Source: Candidatus Micrarchaeota archaeon (lineage in GTDB: Archaea; Micrarchaeota; Micrarchaeia; Micrarchaeales; CABMGC01). Taken from it: a stretch of 64,000 bases of DNA. Numbering within the stretch: the first letter of the stretch is position 1; every line of letters begins with the position of its first letter. This document shows positions 45,801-53,799 of this stretch, piece by piece. The notes under the pieces are model-generated. The model was not told where the DNA came from. It worked only from the letters and a program-made list of their open reading frames with translations, and did not search any database. The position numbers and the translations under genes were made by a program. The stretch lies in contig JAJZYR010000001.1 in the NCBI GenBank assembly GCA_021797995.1, positions 6,114-70,113 on the forward strand, written 5' to 3'.

Positions 45801-45956
45801 AGGCTGTGGGGCACTTATTATCCGAGGCGCCTGCTGCGGCTGGGCCGGGCTTGCAGGCGGCACCGGAGGCACCTCGACCGGCTGGGGGTTCCCTGGGGCT
45901 GCTGGGGTTCCTTCAGGCACCTGTGCCGATACCTTATAATTTTCGTACTTAGTCAT
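42873..45956 (-). CDS. Large membrane-anchored surface protein with four right-handed beta-helix (NosD/PbH1-like) modules
   Basis: It has an N-terminal Pro-rich segment and a TM helix (LIAVAVAVIAIAIAAYYLAF). Four modules each open with C-x-x-I-x-x-PG-x-Y ... C-I-x-I ... (SCAVITSPGTY, QCGSITSPGTY, SCETILKPGNY, QCMAISGTT) followed by ~22-residue N/G/S-rich repeats. N-x-S/T sequons are dense. Confidence 0.7.
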   Translation of the reverse strand: MTKYENYKVSAQVPEGTPAAPGNPQPVEVPPVPPASPAQPQQAPRIISAPQPESAGNPEIIENIDSKIRSRRKVKLIAVAVAVIAIAIAAYYLAFLNKGHPGPVATTTVPATQVFKISSCAVITSPGTYFITGTINTGISNGSCIDIKSSDVRLVGNGNKIDGSGPYVLTPPYTYGIRLDGVTNVTVTGVDVSKFSFDIYFNRSTESSVTNSSAMNGTVSGIYLSSSANNLIAGDNISGIASNLGGISLQGGGSDRILKDNIQGNAFYGVVVNSTGNRFSGDSFIGNPVDLVCSGSAGFRSSNNFTSSKCSINRFCNFAQCSNVNIPTNISTVTLSKQVSQCGSITSPGTYAVQENLNLGDYLNLSAPSSKTAACINIAAPDVKLDCHGNSIRNSGYGINIPPESSGLYNITVSDCVLSNDTIGINAARVFQFNVTGITLSGSVTGILLNNVTTGAISNSVLTGSKYGIYINATTGMTFSSLSVSNNTYGIYSSSGGSNIYRQDRLENNANQDLYCNVGTYKAQSNLFSGNTCGVSDCGWAACSVRAPPPLSVLPVTSCETILKPGNYSLTGNVNKQGGNCFVIAANNVDFSCNNYLIINTGSGSAFMGDGVSNDTISGCNIQNFGLGMNFTNTAYLSINGINVNASATGLSIYNAIYAKFSGIRVLDPVAAGFAFNSLDNSTVTGTSVNATVDGKVGYSFNNSSGDAILSNNAIGSGGHGFSFVNSINNRISNNTASDNAKGDYYCSADSSGLYAQQGGVNNGVSKVDCRWLVEIPPVQLQSQCMAISGTTLVSMSSDIYYPYGQTCYTVYNTQGRTLNRTSNTITVTATSSANGTVINCNGHTIFASKGGTFVRDINASNVRIENCYIKNFTTPIISGGSYTEIINNTVGSANASITLSNAKYATVANNRVENASYGVYAQGSTFGSIRNNTFADVNVSLSIIGGSNMAVNMTNATGGAVGMYMIGADQAIIGNNRFSGFSKEGILCSGGSVNVSSGNLDTGGNACLGPVATNCKWMTASPLCRS

Positions 45957-46241
45957 TCAAGCAGCCGTTTATGCATTCGTCTGTCCCCAAAGCACCCTTC
46001 TCTCATCTCTGACCTGCTATTGAAATGGTGGGTTTGCATGTCGGATCATTCATCAAGAGTGCTAGTGTCCTATCTAGATTACACTGCACATTATTAAGCC
46101 TTTTTAAGGTTTGATATATTACCTGTGAATCCACAGAAAGCCCACCTCCTTCAGAGGTGGGATGAATGTGGTTAGTTAGACACACGATATTGGATATAGT
46201 ATATAAATAAGATTTGATATATATAGACAATGGGATAAGGT

Positions 46242-46440
46242 ATGATTCTAACCTTCAAGATCAAACATGACAGGGATTTCTCGTTAGAGTTGGGAAAAGC
46301 AAAAAAGATTGCAGAGTTCGTTCTGTCGCACAAGACTCGTTCCTCGAAAGATGTTAAACAATTTGGTTTGAAGTCTGCTATTGCAAATCAGATTCTTAGA
46401 AAGTATGGGAATTCGTGGGAGGATGTCAGTATTTATACAT
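46242..46440 (+). pseudogene. Possible tnpB (IS200/IS605-family) 5' fragment truncated at the tRNA-Thr gene
   Basis: MILTFKIKHDRDFSLELGKAKKIAEFVL...FGLKSAIANQILRKYG resembles archaeal TnpB N-termini. The hairpin cccacct-ccttcag-aggtggg at 46140-46160 lies ~80 nt upstream. The C-terminus of the track ORF is simply the tRNA read as protein. Confidence 0.3.
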
Positions 46441-46512
46441 GCCTCTGTAGCTCAGTGGTAGAGCGACTGCTTCGTAAGCAGTAAGTCGAGGGTTCGATCC
46501 CCTTCAGAGGCT
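46441..46512 (+). tRNA. tRNA-Thr (anticodon CGU)
   Basis: Hand-folded cloverleaf: acceptor gcctctg/cagaggc, D arm gctc-agtggta-gagc, anticodon arm actgc-ttCGTaa-gcagt, T arm gaggg-ttcgatc-ccctt. No CCA is encoded. Confidence 0.9.
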
Positions 46513-46659
46513 TTCTGTGGTGCATCTGCAAGTCGGGGCTCTCTGAGCCACTGCCTGAAGCAGAGTCTTGGACTTGCAGTCATCTGGACAGGCAGGCAGG
46601 ACGCATTCTTACGCTATCAGGATGCATGCCAGGTCAGTTATGGAATATGCACGTAAAGG

Positions 46660-48411
46660 TCAGCCCTTTGCCTTTGCCTTGATATCCGACATCTCTTCCA
46701 GAAGGTCCTTCGACTCGCTGTCAAGCATGTCTGGGAACTTGTACCTCAATGCCCGCTCATTTTCATCGTTCATGAAGACGTACAGCGTCTCGTTCTCCTT
46801 GACCTGCCTGCCGAACGTGACATCTTCCATGGAGATGGCCACGCTCTCCCCGGCCTTTGACTCCTTAAGGCTGATGGCATTGTCCTGGATCTCCTTAACC
46901 CTGCCGACTATCTCGCCATGCTGATTCATCAGCTGCCATGATGGCTTAAGCCTTCCCTCCTCCACCCTAACACCGAAGACCGCGGGATGCGAGATCCTAA
47001 AGCAGCTGTTCGGCAGCACGGTAAGCTTGCCAGGGAAGACCAGGGCTCTCTCTATTGCCTCCCTGTCCGTCTTCCTTTCCGCATCAGCCCATTCCTTATA
47101 GTCACCGATTATCTTGTAGATTATATCGCTGCTTATTATCCTTATTCCTGTTGCCTCGCTCTCTGCCTTGGCCTCATCGTCTATGGGAACATTGAACGCA
47201 AGCACTATCCCGCCATAGGGATCGCTTGCCTTCATGGTATATGCATCGAGAACGTCCCTTTTTGTAACCCTGCCTATCTCCTTCTTGCTTATCGCTATCT
47301 TCTCAGCACCGAGGAGCCTCGAGAGCGCCTCTATGCTCCCCATAGTGTCCGCCTTGAGTATGACTCCGGTCTTTTCAACATTGAACACCTCGCTTATCTC
47401 CGACTTTATCTCCTGCTCATAGCCCGATATCTCCGTTGACAGGATCAGCGACCCGGGAAGCGCATTGTCAAGGTTTGACGCACTTATCTTTATCCCTGAC
47501 GCGGCGCTGACGCTGTCTATGTAGTAGAATTTGCTGGAAGACTCTCGGAGCTCCTGCAGCTCCTTCGGTTTCAGCAGCGCCTTTATCCTTGCCGTACCTA
47601 TGCCGATGGGGGTCGCAAACGCCACAGTGTCGTTCACCTTCAGGGTGCCGTTGTAAAGTATGACGTCTACCGTTGCCCCGAGGCCCCTGTCCTCCTTCTT
47701 CTCTATTATATTGCCCCTTCCGGGCCCCATAACCTCTATTTCCAGCCTTTGCTCCAGGAACCTCTGTGCAAGCCCTGTGGCATACATCAGGAGCTCCGCA
47801 AGCCCTTCCCCTGTCTTGGCGCTCTCAGGGACTATCACTATCTCCTTCTTGAAGTCCTTGACCCTGTCGAACCTCTCGCTGTTGAACCCGAGCTCGCTTA
47901 GCTTCCCGACGAGCCCGTATATCCTTGCATCGAGATCGTTCGCCACGCTGCCGCTCTGCTTTGATATCGATTCCGTGAAGGAGTTTGTCTGCTGCGCCCT
48001 CCACCCGGTTATCACATCGATCTTGTTGGCGGCGACTATGAACGGGGTCTTGTACTCCTTTAGTATCTCAAGGGCCTCGTATGTCTGCGGCTCGAAACTC
48101 TTGGTCACATCGACGACGAGTATGGCAAGGTCGGCCACTGATCCCCCTCTCTTCCTGAGGTTCGTGAAGGCCTCGTGGCCTGGCGTATCTATGAATAAAA
48201 GGCCAGGTATGGTTATCTTGACGCTGAACTTCTCGAGGAGCGGACCCACTATCTTTCTGATGACGCTGAAAGGTACCTCGCTCGCGCCAATGTGCTGCGT
48301 TATTCCTCCTGCCTCGCGGTTCGTGATGGTCGTGCTGCGTATGCGGTCCAGTAATGTTGTCTTCCCGTGGTCCACGTGTCCCATCACGCATATTATTGGC
48401 TGCCTGATCAT
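46660..48411 (-). CDS. infB: Translation initiation factor aIF5B (IF-2 family GTPase)
   Basis: MIRQPIICVMGHVDHGKTTLLDRIR carries G1 and DTPGHEAF is G3. With the start at ATG 48411 the protein is ~584 aa; the track ORF runs to 48555 with a non-genic N-terminus. Confidence 0.9.
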   Translation of the reverse strand: MIRQPIICVMGHVDHGKTTLLDRIRSTTITNREAGGITQHIGASEVPFSVIRKIVGPLLEKFSVKITIPGLLFIDTPGHEAFTNLRKRGGSVADLAILVVDVTKSFEPQTYEALEILKEYKTPFIVAANKIDVITGWRAQQTNSFTESISKQSGSVANDLDARIYGLVGKLSELGFNSERFDRVKDFKKEIVIVPESAKTGEGLAELLMYATGLAQRFLEQRLEIEVMGPGRGNIIEKKEDRGLGATVDVILYNGTLKVNDTVAFATPIGIGTARIKALLKPKELQELRESSSKFYYIDSVSAASGIKISASNLDNALPGSLILSTEISGYEQEIKSEISEVFNVEKTGVILKADTMGSIEALSRLLGAEKIAISKKEIGRVTKRDVLDAYTMKASDPYGGIVLAFNVPIDDEAKAESEATGIRIISSDIIYKIIGDYKEWADAERKTDREAIERALVFPGKLTVLPNSCFRISHPAVFGVRVEEGRLKPSWQLMNQHGEIVGRVKEIQDNAISLKESKAGESVAISMEDVTFGRQVKENETLYVFMNDENERALRYKFPDMLDSESKDLLEEMSDIKAKAKG

Positions 48412-48490
48412 GTGGATTACCCCATCTAAATAGTAGCAGATATAAATAGCAAGGATAGATATAAAGACTGATAATGCACATGGTGAGTTT

Positions 48491-49036
48491 ATGAGCCGAG
48501 AACTAATATTCATGAAACCTGACGGGATAGCGCGCAAACTCGTGGGAAGGGTCATATCGCGGTTTGAGGATGCGGGATTCTCAATCGCAAGGATGCAGAA
48601 GGGCAGGATTTCAAGGCAGCTTTCGGAGCTGCTCTACCAGGACTCTGAGGCCCAGCTCACTGGAATGGGCAACAAGACCATAAAGGCGATGACTGACAAG
48701 GGAAACAGGGAAGGGATAATGAAGCTCTTCGAAACCGAGGCGCCTTTTGGCATAGGAAAGCGTCTAAACGAGTGGAACCGGATATATGCCACCTCATCTG
48801 ACGTTATCGCCGTAATAATAGAGAAGGACGGCGATGCTGTAACTGAGGCAAGGGCGATAGTTGGAAAGACGGATCCGGAAATCTCGCCGAAGGGGACGAT
48901 ACGCGGCGACTTCGCCGCGGATTCAATCTACAAAGCAAACCTTGAGAAGAGGGCTTGCCAGAACATAGTCCATGCATCCGACGTCGATACTGCGGAAATG
49001 GACATAAAGAACTTCGAGAAGCATTTCTTCAGGTAG
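48491..49036 (+). CDS. ndk: Nucleoside diphosphate kinase (divergent, with an internal insertion)
   Basis: ELIFMKPDGIARKLVGRVISRFEDAGFSI, GTIRGDFA and the active-site NIVHASD are present. At 181 aa it is ~30 aa longer than typical Ndk. Confidence 0.8.
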   Translation: MSRELIFMKPDGIARKLVGRVISRFEDAGFSIARMQKGRISRQLSELLYQDSEAQLTGMGNKTIKAMTDKGNREGIMKLFETEAPFGIGKRLNEWNRIYATSSDVIAVIIEKDGDAVTEARAIVGKTDPEISPKGTIRGDFAADSIYKANLEKRACQNIVHASDVDTAEMDIKNFEKHFFR

Positions 49037-49210
49037 CATGCTGTGCAGACAGACATGCGTGCTTATCCCCATTGCAACGCATGCAGGCGGGAGGAAATAC
49101 CCGGCTTCGTAAGGCTTGCAAGCTATGGCTCGACTTTCGGCATGTTGCCACTGGGAGTGAGCCGCAACTAAATGCTTAGTTGAGGAATAGGCGCTCTTCT
49201 CAGAGTGGCG

Positions 49211-49516
49211 TTACGCCTGCATGCTCATTCTCACTTCCTCAGTTATGCATTCAGGAGTCCATGCAGGCTCCCACACTAGGTCTATGTTAACCTGGCCCGC
49301 ACCCTGAAGGTGCTCCAATCTGAGCTGAATGTCTGCAAGTATAACGCTTGTGACAGGGCACATTGGGCTCGTCATCGTAATCTTTAGGCTTATGTTGTTG
49401 CTTGCATCTATATTTATGCCATAGATGAGACCAAGATCGACTATGTTTATGCCTATCTCCGGATCAACACAGCCCTTCAAGGCTGTGATTATATCGTTTA
49501 TCGTAAGTCTTTGCAT
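49211..49516 (-). CDS. DUF59/MIP18-family Fe-S assembly protein (SufT-like)
   Basis: VDPEIGINIVDLGLIYGI ... ITMTSPMCPV is the hallmark DUF59 pattern. Confidence 0.8.
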   Translation of the reverse strand: MQRLTINDIITALKGCVDPEIGINIVDLGLIYGINIDASNNISLKITMTSPMCPVTSVILADIQLRLEHLQGAGQVNIDLVWEPAWTPECITEEVRMSMQA

Positions 49517-49541
49517 GCCTTATAGTGGGCCATAACAATTA

Positions 49542-49634
49542 TTTAAAGGCTTGCGAGCGGGAAATCACGCCCATTCATAATGAGGACAGGAGCAGACCGC
49601 AGCAAGGCGTATAAATGCGCTGCGATACGCACGC
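49542..49634 (+). repeat. IS200/IS605-type element end (promoter plus first codons of tnpB); copy of 63381..63472 in inverted orientation
   Basis: My hand alignment with the reverse complement of 63381-63472 shows about 7 mismatches in 93 nt. The region includes ggcgtataaATGcgctgcgatac, and similarity is lost after 49634. Confidence 0.7.
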
Positions 49635-49807
49635 CAGTGAAGATCCGGACTATTTTTGCACCAGGAAATGGGTGCGAAAGCCGGGATCTGTGAAGCGGGA
49701 ACATATCGTGGGATCCGTGAACTAGACCCCAAGGGAAGCCCCGGACTCTAGCCCGGGGATGCTGTCACCTTATTGTGGCCGGTCACGCGGTTCTTGCAAG
49801 CTGCATG

Positions 49808-51211
49808 CTATGCTATCCTGAAGAGATACGAAGAGGCATTGCCCACTACATGGATTAGTGGCTGGGGATACATGCCTATTGCTATTGTGATTACCAGGCA
49901 TGTGACAACGACAAGAACTGTTCCCGTATTCATCCTCATGCGCGCTGAGCCTGCCTTTTGGGCGTATGCCGCCATTATCGGCCTTGCGTAGTAGTACACC
50001 GAGATTATGCTGTTCATCACGCCGAGCACTGCAAGCCACACCAGCCCCGAGTTCACGGCCCCTAGGAAGAGCAGGAACTTGCCCACGAAGCCGGTGGTGA
50101 ACGGCAGCCCTACGAGAGAGAGCATGAAGATGGTCATGCAGAACGCCGCCACCCTGTTCTCACCGTTAAGGCCTATGATGTCATTTATCTCGGTGCGGTT
50201 CTTCGACTCCAGCCATGCGACTATTGCAAGGAGCCCTATGAATAGGAACATGTGCGCGAATATCTGGAAGAGGGCGGCGGAGATGCCTGCCGATGACGAC
50301 GATGCGATCCCTATCAGGATATATCCGGCCTGTGAGATGGACGAATACGCGAGCATGCGCTTTATGTTCCTTTGCATTATGGCGGCTATGTTTCCGTAGA
50401 ACATAGTTGCGACTGACAGTATTGCTATGATTAGGAATGCGGACCTGAATGCGATGAATACCATGATGAGAACCTGCATAAGCGCGATGAACCCGACTTT
50501 CTTGTTTATGCCGCCGAGCATTGCCGTAGCGTATGCAGGCGAGCCCTCGTACACGTCCGGCATAAGCACATTGAACGGGAATACCGATGCTTCTATCCCA
50601 AGCGATGCTATGAACAGCACCATGGCAAAGGCCAGTATGCCGGATTCCTGGTAAACTGGCTGCAGGCTGAGCGAATTGGTCCCCCCATAGAGGGCCACTA
50701 TGGCGAACGAGAGGACACCGACCGAGATTGAGCCGATGATGAATAGCTTTGTCGCGGCCTCAAGGCTCTTTCTCGAGAGCAGCACTATGAATACGGTAGG
50801 TATCACCATAAGCTCAAGGCCCAGAAAGAGCGTTATGAGGGTAACTGAGAGCGACACGAGGTACATGCCCATGAGCGCAAACGACGCCATGAGCGCAAAG
50901 TCACCAAACCCTCCGGCGTATTCGTATGCGAGCACGCTTACCAGTAGCATCGAGAAGGTGAGTATCAGAATGAAGAAGGTCGAGAAGGGGTTTACTGAGA
51001 GCACGCCGAGCACAGTCTGCTGTGTGTTTGCGTATGCCATCGCTCCTGCCGTAATCGTAAGGAGGAGCAGAATGGCTGCGTTGCAGGCGAATTGCGCCCG
51101 CCTCCTGTTTGCAGCCCTTAGCACGAGGTTTACGAGGACAAGCGCACCTGCAAGCAGGAGGAAGAGGTGCACAGGCGTTGCAAAAGCTGCTATCTGCGAT
51201 ACATCTATCAT
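49808..51211 (-). CDS. nuoN: NADH-quinone oxidoreductase subunit N (antiporter-like)
   Basis: It is polytopic, with LGLELMVIPT and KRMLAYSSISQAGYILIG as NuoN-type motifs. It is the last gene of the nuo cluster. Confidence 0.8.
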   Translation of the reverse strand: MIDVSQIAAFATPVHLFLLLAGALVLVNLVLRAANRRRAQFACNAAILLLLTITAGAMAYANTQQTVLGVLSVNPFSTFFILILTFSMLLVSVLAYEYAGGFGDFALMASFALMGMYLVSLSVTLITLFLGLELMVIPTVFIVLLSRKSLEAATKLFIIGSISVGVLSFAIVALYGGTNSLSLQPVYQESGILAFAMVLFIASLGIEASVFPFNVLMPDVYEGSPAYATAMLGGINKKVGFIALMQVLIMVFIAFRSAFLIIAILSVATMFYGNIAAIMQRNIKRMLAYSSISQAGYILIGIASSSSAGISAALFQIFAHMFLFIGLLAIVAWLESKNRTEINDIIGLNGENRVAAFCMTIFMLSLVGLPFTTGFVGKFLLFLGAVNSGLVWLAVLGVMNSIISVYYYARPIMAAYAQKAGSARMRMNTGTVLVVVTCLVITIAIGMYPQPLIHVVGNASSYLFRIA

Positions 51212-53001
51212 TATATCACCAGGAGCGCATACGCAAGGAGGAGGATTGCACTCACCGCGAAGATGAATGCATATGGATTGATGGCTCCTACTGACATCCT
51301 CCTGAGCCGCGATGCGGAGAGTACGAGGAGATGGCCGAGATAATCGAACATGCCGTTAAGATAGCTCTCGAAAAGCGCGACTCCTTCCCCAAGGTCATAG
51401 AGAAAGCTCGCGGAGAGTATATACAGAAGCGCGAATGCGCCGCGGCGGTGTGCTGCCGCCAATGAAACAGACTTTCCCTGAGCCGGAGCCCTGCTTCTCC
51501 GCTTATATGCCAGATAGCTGGCTGCGGCGCCCACGAGCGCGAGAGCCATTACGATTATACCATCCTGCAAGCTTATTGATATCGGCATGCCTGACGCCAG
51601 GTAGGCCGACCAGCCGTACCCGCCTGCCAGGAAACTATTGAGAAAGACGACAAAGACTGACGCAAAAGCCGTAAGGCATGCAAGGATTACTATCGGGAAG
51701 AGCATGCTCCTTGGCTGGCCCAGGTACCTGAGCGCAGTGGCTTCGGCGCCTGCGGGCTTTGACACAAGGAGAAACCACCTGAAGATATAGAAGCTCGTTG
51801 CGAGCCCTATCAGCGAGATTATCACATAAATGACAAGATTCTGGGAGAACGCGCCGCCTGTCGACGCTGCTGCAAAGAAACCGGAAAGCGGAAAGAAGCC
51901 CGCGAGGGAGAGCACGCCGATGAGGGTGGAAACATAAAGTACCTTGTTTATACCCAGGCCGGAGGTCCTGTCGAGGCCCTCTTCGTCCGTGGCCTTCATT
52001 ATCGAACCTGCGCTGAAGAAGAGCAGGGCCTTGTATAGGCTCTGGACAAGGAAGAAGTATATTGCGGCGAAGAGCGCGCCTCCGCTCACGGCAACCAGCA
52101 TGAGCGAGAGCTCCTGGATGGTTGAGTATGCGATCACGCGCTTGACATGACGCGACCTCATTGCACTGACCGTCGAGATTGCCGCGGTCACCACTGCAAA
52201 GGCCATTATGACCGGGGTTACGCCAGCCCTGTATAGGAGGGGATAGAGGATTATCGCAAGGAACACGCCGGCCTTTACCATTGTCGTAGAGTGCAGGAAT
52301 GCCGATACCGGGGTCGGACCCTCCATCGCGTCTGGCAGCCACTCCTGGAATGGAAACTGGGCTGACTTGGTCAGCACCGCGACTACCAGGAGCAGGGCGC
52401 CCAGATACAGCTGCGGCGACGCATGCGACGGTAGCGCTGCAAGTATGCCGGAAAAGCCAAGGGTCCCGAAGAGGTTCAGGAAGACCGCGATGGCCGCCAG
52501 GAGGGCTATGTCCCCCATTAGCACAATGGTTACCGCAAGGCGCGACGACCTGACCGCCCTCTCCCTGCCGTGCCAGAAACCTATCAGGAGATAGCTGGTG
52601 AGGCTCATGAACTCCCATGATATGAAGAGAAGGACGAAATTGCCACTCATGGCAAAGGCGCACATGGAGATCTCGAACGCAAGCATCTCTGCGTAGAACC
52701 TCCTCTGCTCGCTGAGCGTGGACATGAATCCTGATGAGTATACCATTACCAGCGAGCCGATGAACAGGACCGTACCGAGCAGGGCGAGGTTGAGCGGTGC
52801 TATGGTAGTGGTTATGTTAAATGCAAAGCTGCCTGCAGTAAACCACGGGATTGTTACCGTCCCATAAGAGACAAAATACAGGAGGGCAAAGCTTGCAATG
52901 CTGCCCCCTACTGCAACATACCTGAGCCCCATGCTGTTCCTCGAGAGGAGCACGGCTGCAAGGGAGAGCGCCATGGGGATTAGGAGCAGCAATGGAAACA
53001 T
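51211..53001 (-). CDS. nuoL: NADH-quinone oxidoreductase subunit L (antiporter-like)
   Basis: ISWEFMSLTSYLLIGFW, HSTTMVKAGVFL and RVIAYSTIQELSLM are NuoL-type motifs. The protein is 596 aa. Confidence 0.8.
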   Translation of the reverse strand: MFPLLLLIPMALSLAAVLLSRNSMGLRYVAVGGSIASFALLYFVSYGTVTIPWFTAGSFAFNITTTIAPLNLALLGTVLFIGSLVMVYSSGFMSTLSEQRRFYAEMLAFEISMCAFAMSGNFVLLFISWEFMSLTSYLLIGFWHGRERAVRSSRLAVTIVLMGDIALLAAIAVFLNLFGTLGFSGILAALPSHASPQLYLGALLLVVAVLTKSAQFPFQEWLPDAMEGPTPVSAFLHSTTMVKAGVFLAIILYPLLYRAGVTPVIMAFAVVTAAISTVSAMRSRHVKRVIAYSTIQELSLMLVAVSGGALFAAIYFFLVQSLYKALLFFSAGSIMKATDEEGLDRTSGLGINKVLYVSTLIGVLSLAGFFPLSGFFAAASTGGAFSQNLVIYVIISLIGLATSFYIFRWFLLVSKPAGAEATALRYLGQPRSMLFPIVILACLTAFASVFVVFLNSFLAGGYGWSAYLASGMPISISLQDGIIVMALALVGAAASYLAYKRRSRAPAQGKSVSLAAAHRRGAFALLYILSASFLYDLGEGVALFESYLNGMFDYLGHLLVLSASRLRRMSVGAINPYAFIFAVSAILLLAYALLVI

Positions 53002-53002
53002 G

Positions 53003-53311
53003 TCACCACTTCATCCTGGACAGCCTTGCAACGTCAAAGTCTATTCTCCTGGACTTCATGTATACATAGAAGGTTACCAGCGTGATTATCTCCGCCGCCG
53101 CCACCGCCCAGATGCTTATGAGCATTACTATTGCGCCCTGGTTCGGCACTGCGCCATAGGAAAAGAACGACACCAGCGCTATCGCGCTTGCCACAAACAT
53201 GAGCTCTATTCCAAGCATTATCACGATGAAGTGCCTATCGGTGGCGAGCCCTGCGAATGCAATGCCGACAAGCACGACAGCGACGGCAAACAGATAGATC
53301 AGTTCCAGCAT
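53003..53311 (-). CDS. nuoK: NADH-quinone oxidoreductase subunit K
   Basis: This 102-aa, 3-TM protein carries LGIELMFVASAIALV, the NuoK pattern with the conserved Glu. Confidence 0.85.
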   Translation of the reverse strand: MLELIYLFAVAVVLVGIAFAGLATDRHFIVIMLGIELMFVASAIALVSFFSYGAVPNQGAIVMLISIWAVAAAEIITLVTFYVYMKSRRIDFDVARLSRMKW

Positions 53312-53312
53312 G

Positions 53313-53792
53313 TCAGACCACCAATTTTATGAACTTCCTGATGAATAGCACGCTTCCCACCGCAGCCGCAGATAGAAGCAGCACAACCGCGAACAGGACA
53401 GGGTAGTACTCCTGAAATGCCGACGGGAAGGTCTGGGCCATGCTGCTTCCGGCATCAGGCACAGCAGCAACAGCCCTTGAGGTAAAGAAAAGCAGGGCCA
53501 GGGACAGCCCGACGGCAACTGGTATGAAGCTCGCCATGCTTATGTACGCCGACTTCTCCTCTGCAGCTATTGCGACCATGAGGTACGTCGAGAGGCCCCC
53601 TACAAATATGAAGAGCTGGAGGAGCGCGACGATTGGCTGGCCCAGAAGGAGGATGATAAGCGCGCTTCCGAGGAATACCGAGGTAAGGGCAAGCACCGCA
53701 TGCATCAGCCTCTTGAAGATGAAGATTGCAAGGGACGACGCTACCGTCACCGCGGCGAGCGATAAAAATGCAACTGTGTATATTCCGAACAT
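53313..53792 (-). CDS. nuoJ: NADH-quinone oxidoreductase subunit J
   Basis: The pattern HAVLALTSVFLGSALIILLLGQPIVALLQLFIFVGG is NuoJ-like, and the gene sits between nuoI and nuoK. Confidence 0.75.
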   Translation of the reverse strand: MFGIYTVAFLSLAAVTVASSLAIFIFKRLMHAVLALTSVFLGSALIILLLGQPIVALLQLFIFVGGLSTYLMVAIAAEEKSAYISMASFIPVAVGLSLALLFFTSRAVAAVPDAGSSMAQTFPSAFQEYYPVLFAVVLLLSAAAVGSVLFIRKFIKLVV

Positions 53793-53799
53793 GCAAAAA

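Noticed and set aside
46415-46484. The C-terminal part of track ORF 46242-46484 (…VSIYTCLCSSVVERLLRKQ).
   Set aside because: This stretch is the tRNA-Thr gene translated as protein. It is not coding sequence.
46526-46579. A nested hairpin (ctgcaagtc ... gacttgcag with an inner ctctg/cagag) between tRNA-Thr and the aIF5B 3' end, considered as a terminator or sRNA.
   Set aside because: The structure is real on paper, but archaeal termination relies mainly on T-tracts and none follows it. Without transcript data I cannot assign a function.
49635-49760. A C/D-box or H/ACA guide sRNA interpretation of the structured spacer.
   Set aside because: There are no RUGAUGA or CUGA boxes. The ACA trinucleotide is not positioned directly after the basal stem as required for archaeal H/ACA RNAs. 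I keep the region only as a generic structured-RNA candidate.
51635-52663. A 342-aa ORF on the minus strand in an alternative frame inside nuoL.
   Set aside because: Its Arg/Pro/Gly-rich translation shows no motifs. It is the shadow of a GC-rich, codon-biased real gene, and nuoL in the other frame has clear family motifs.
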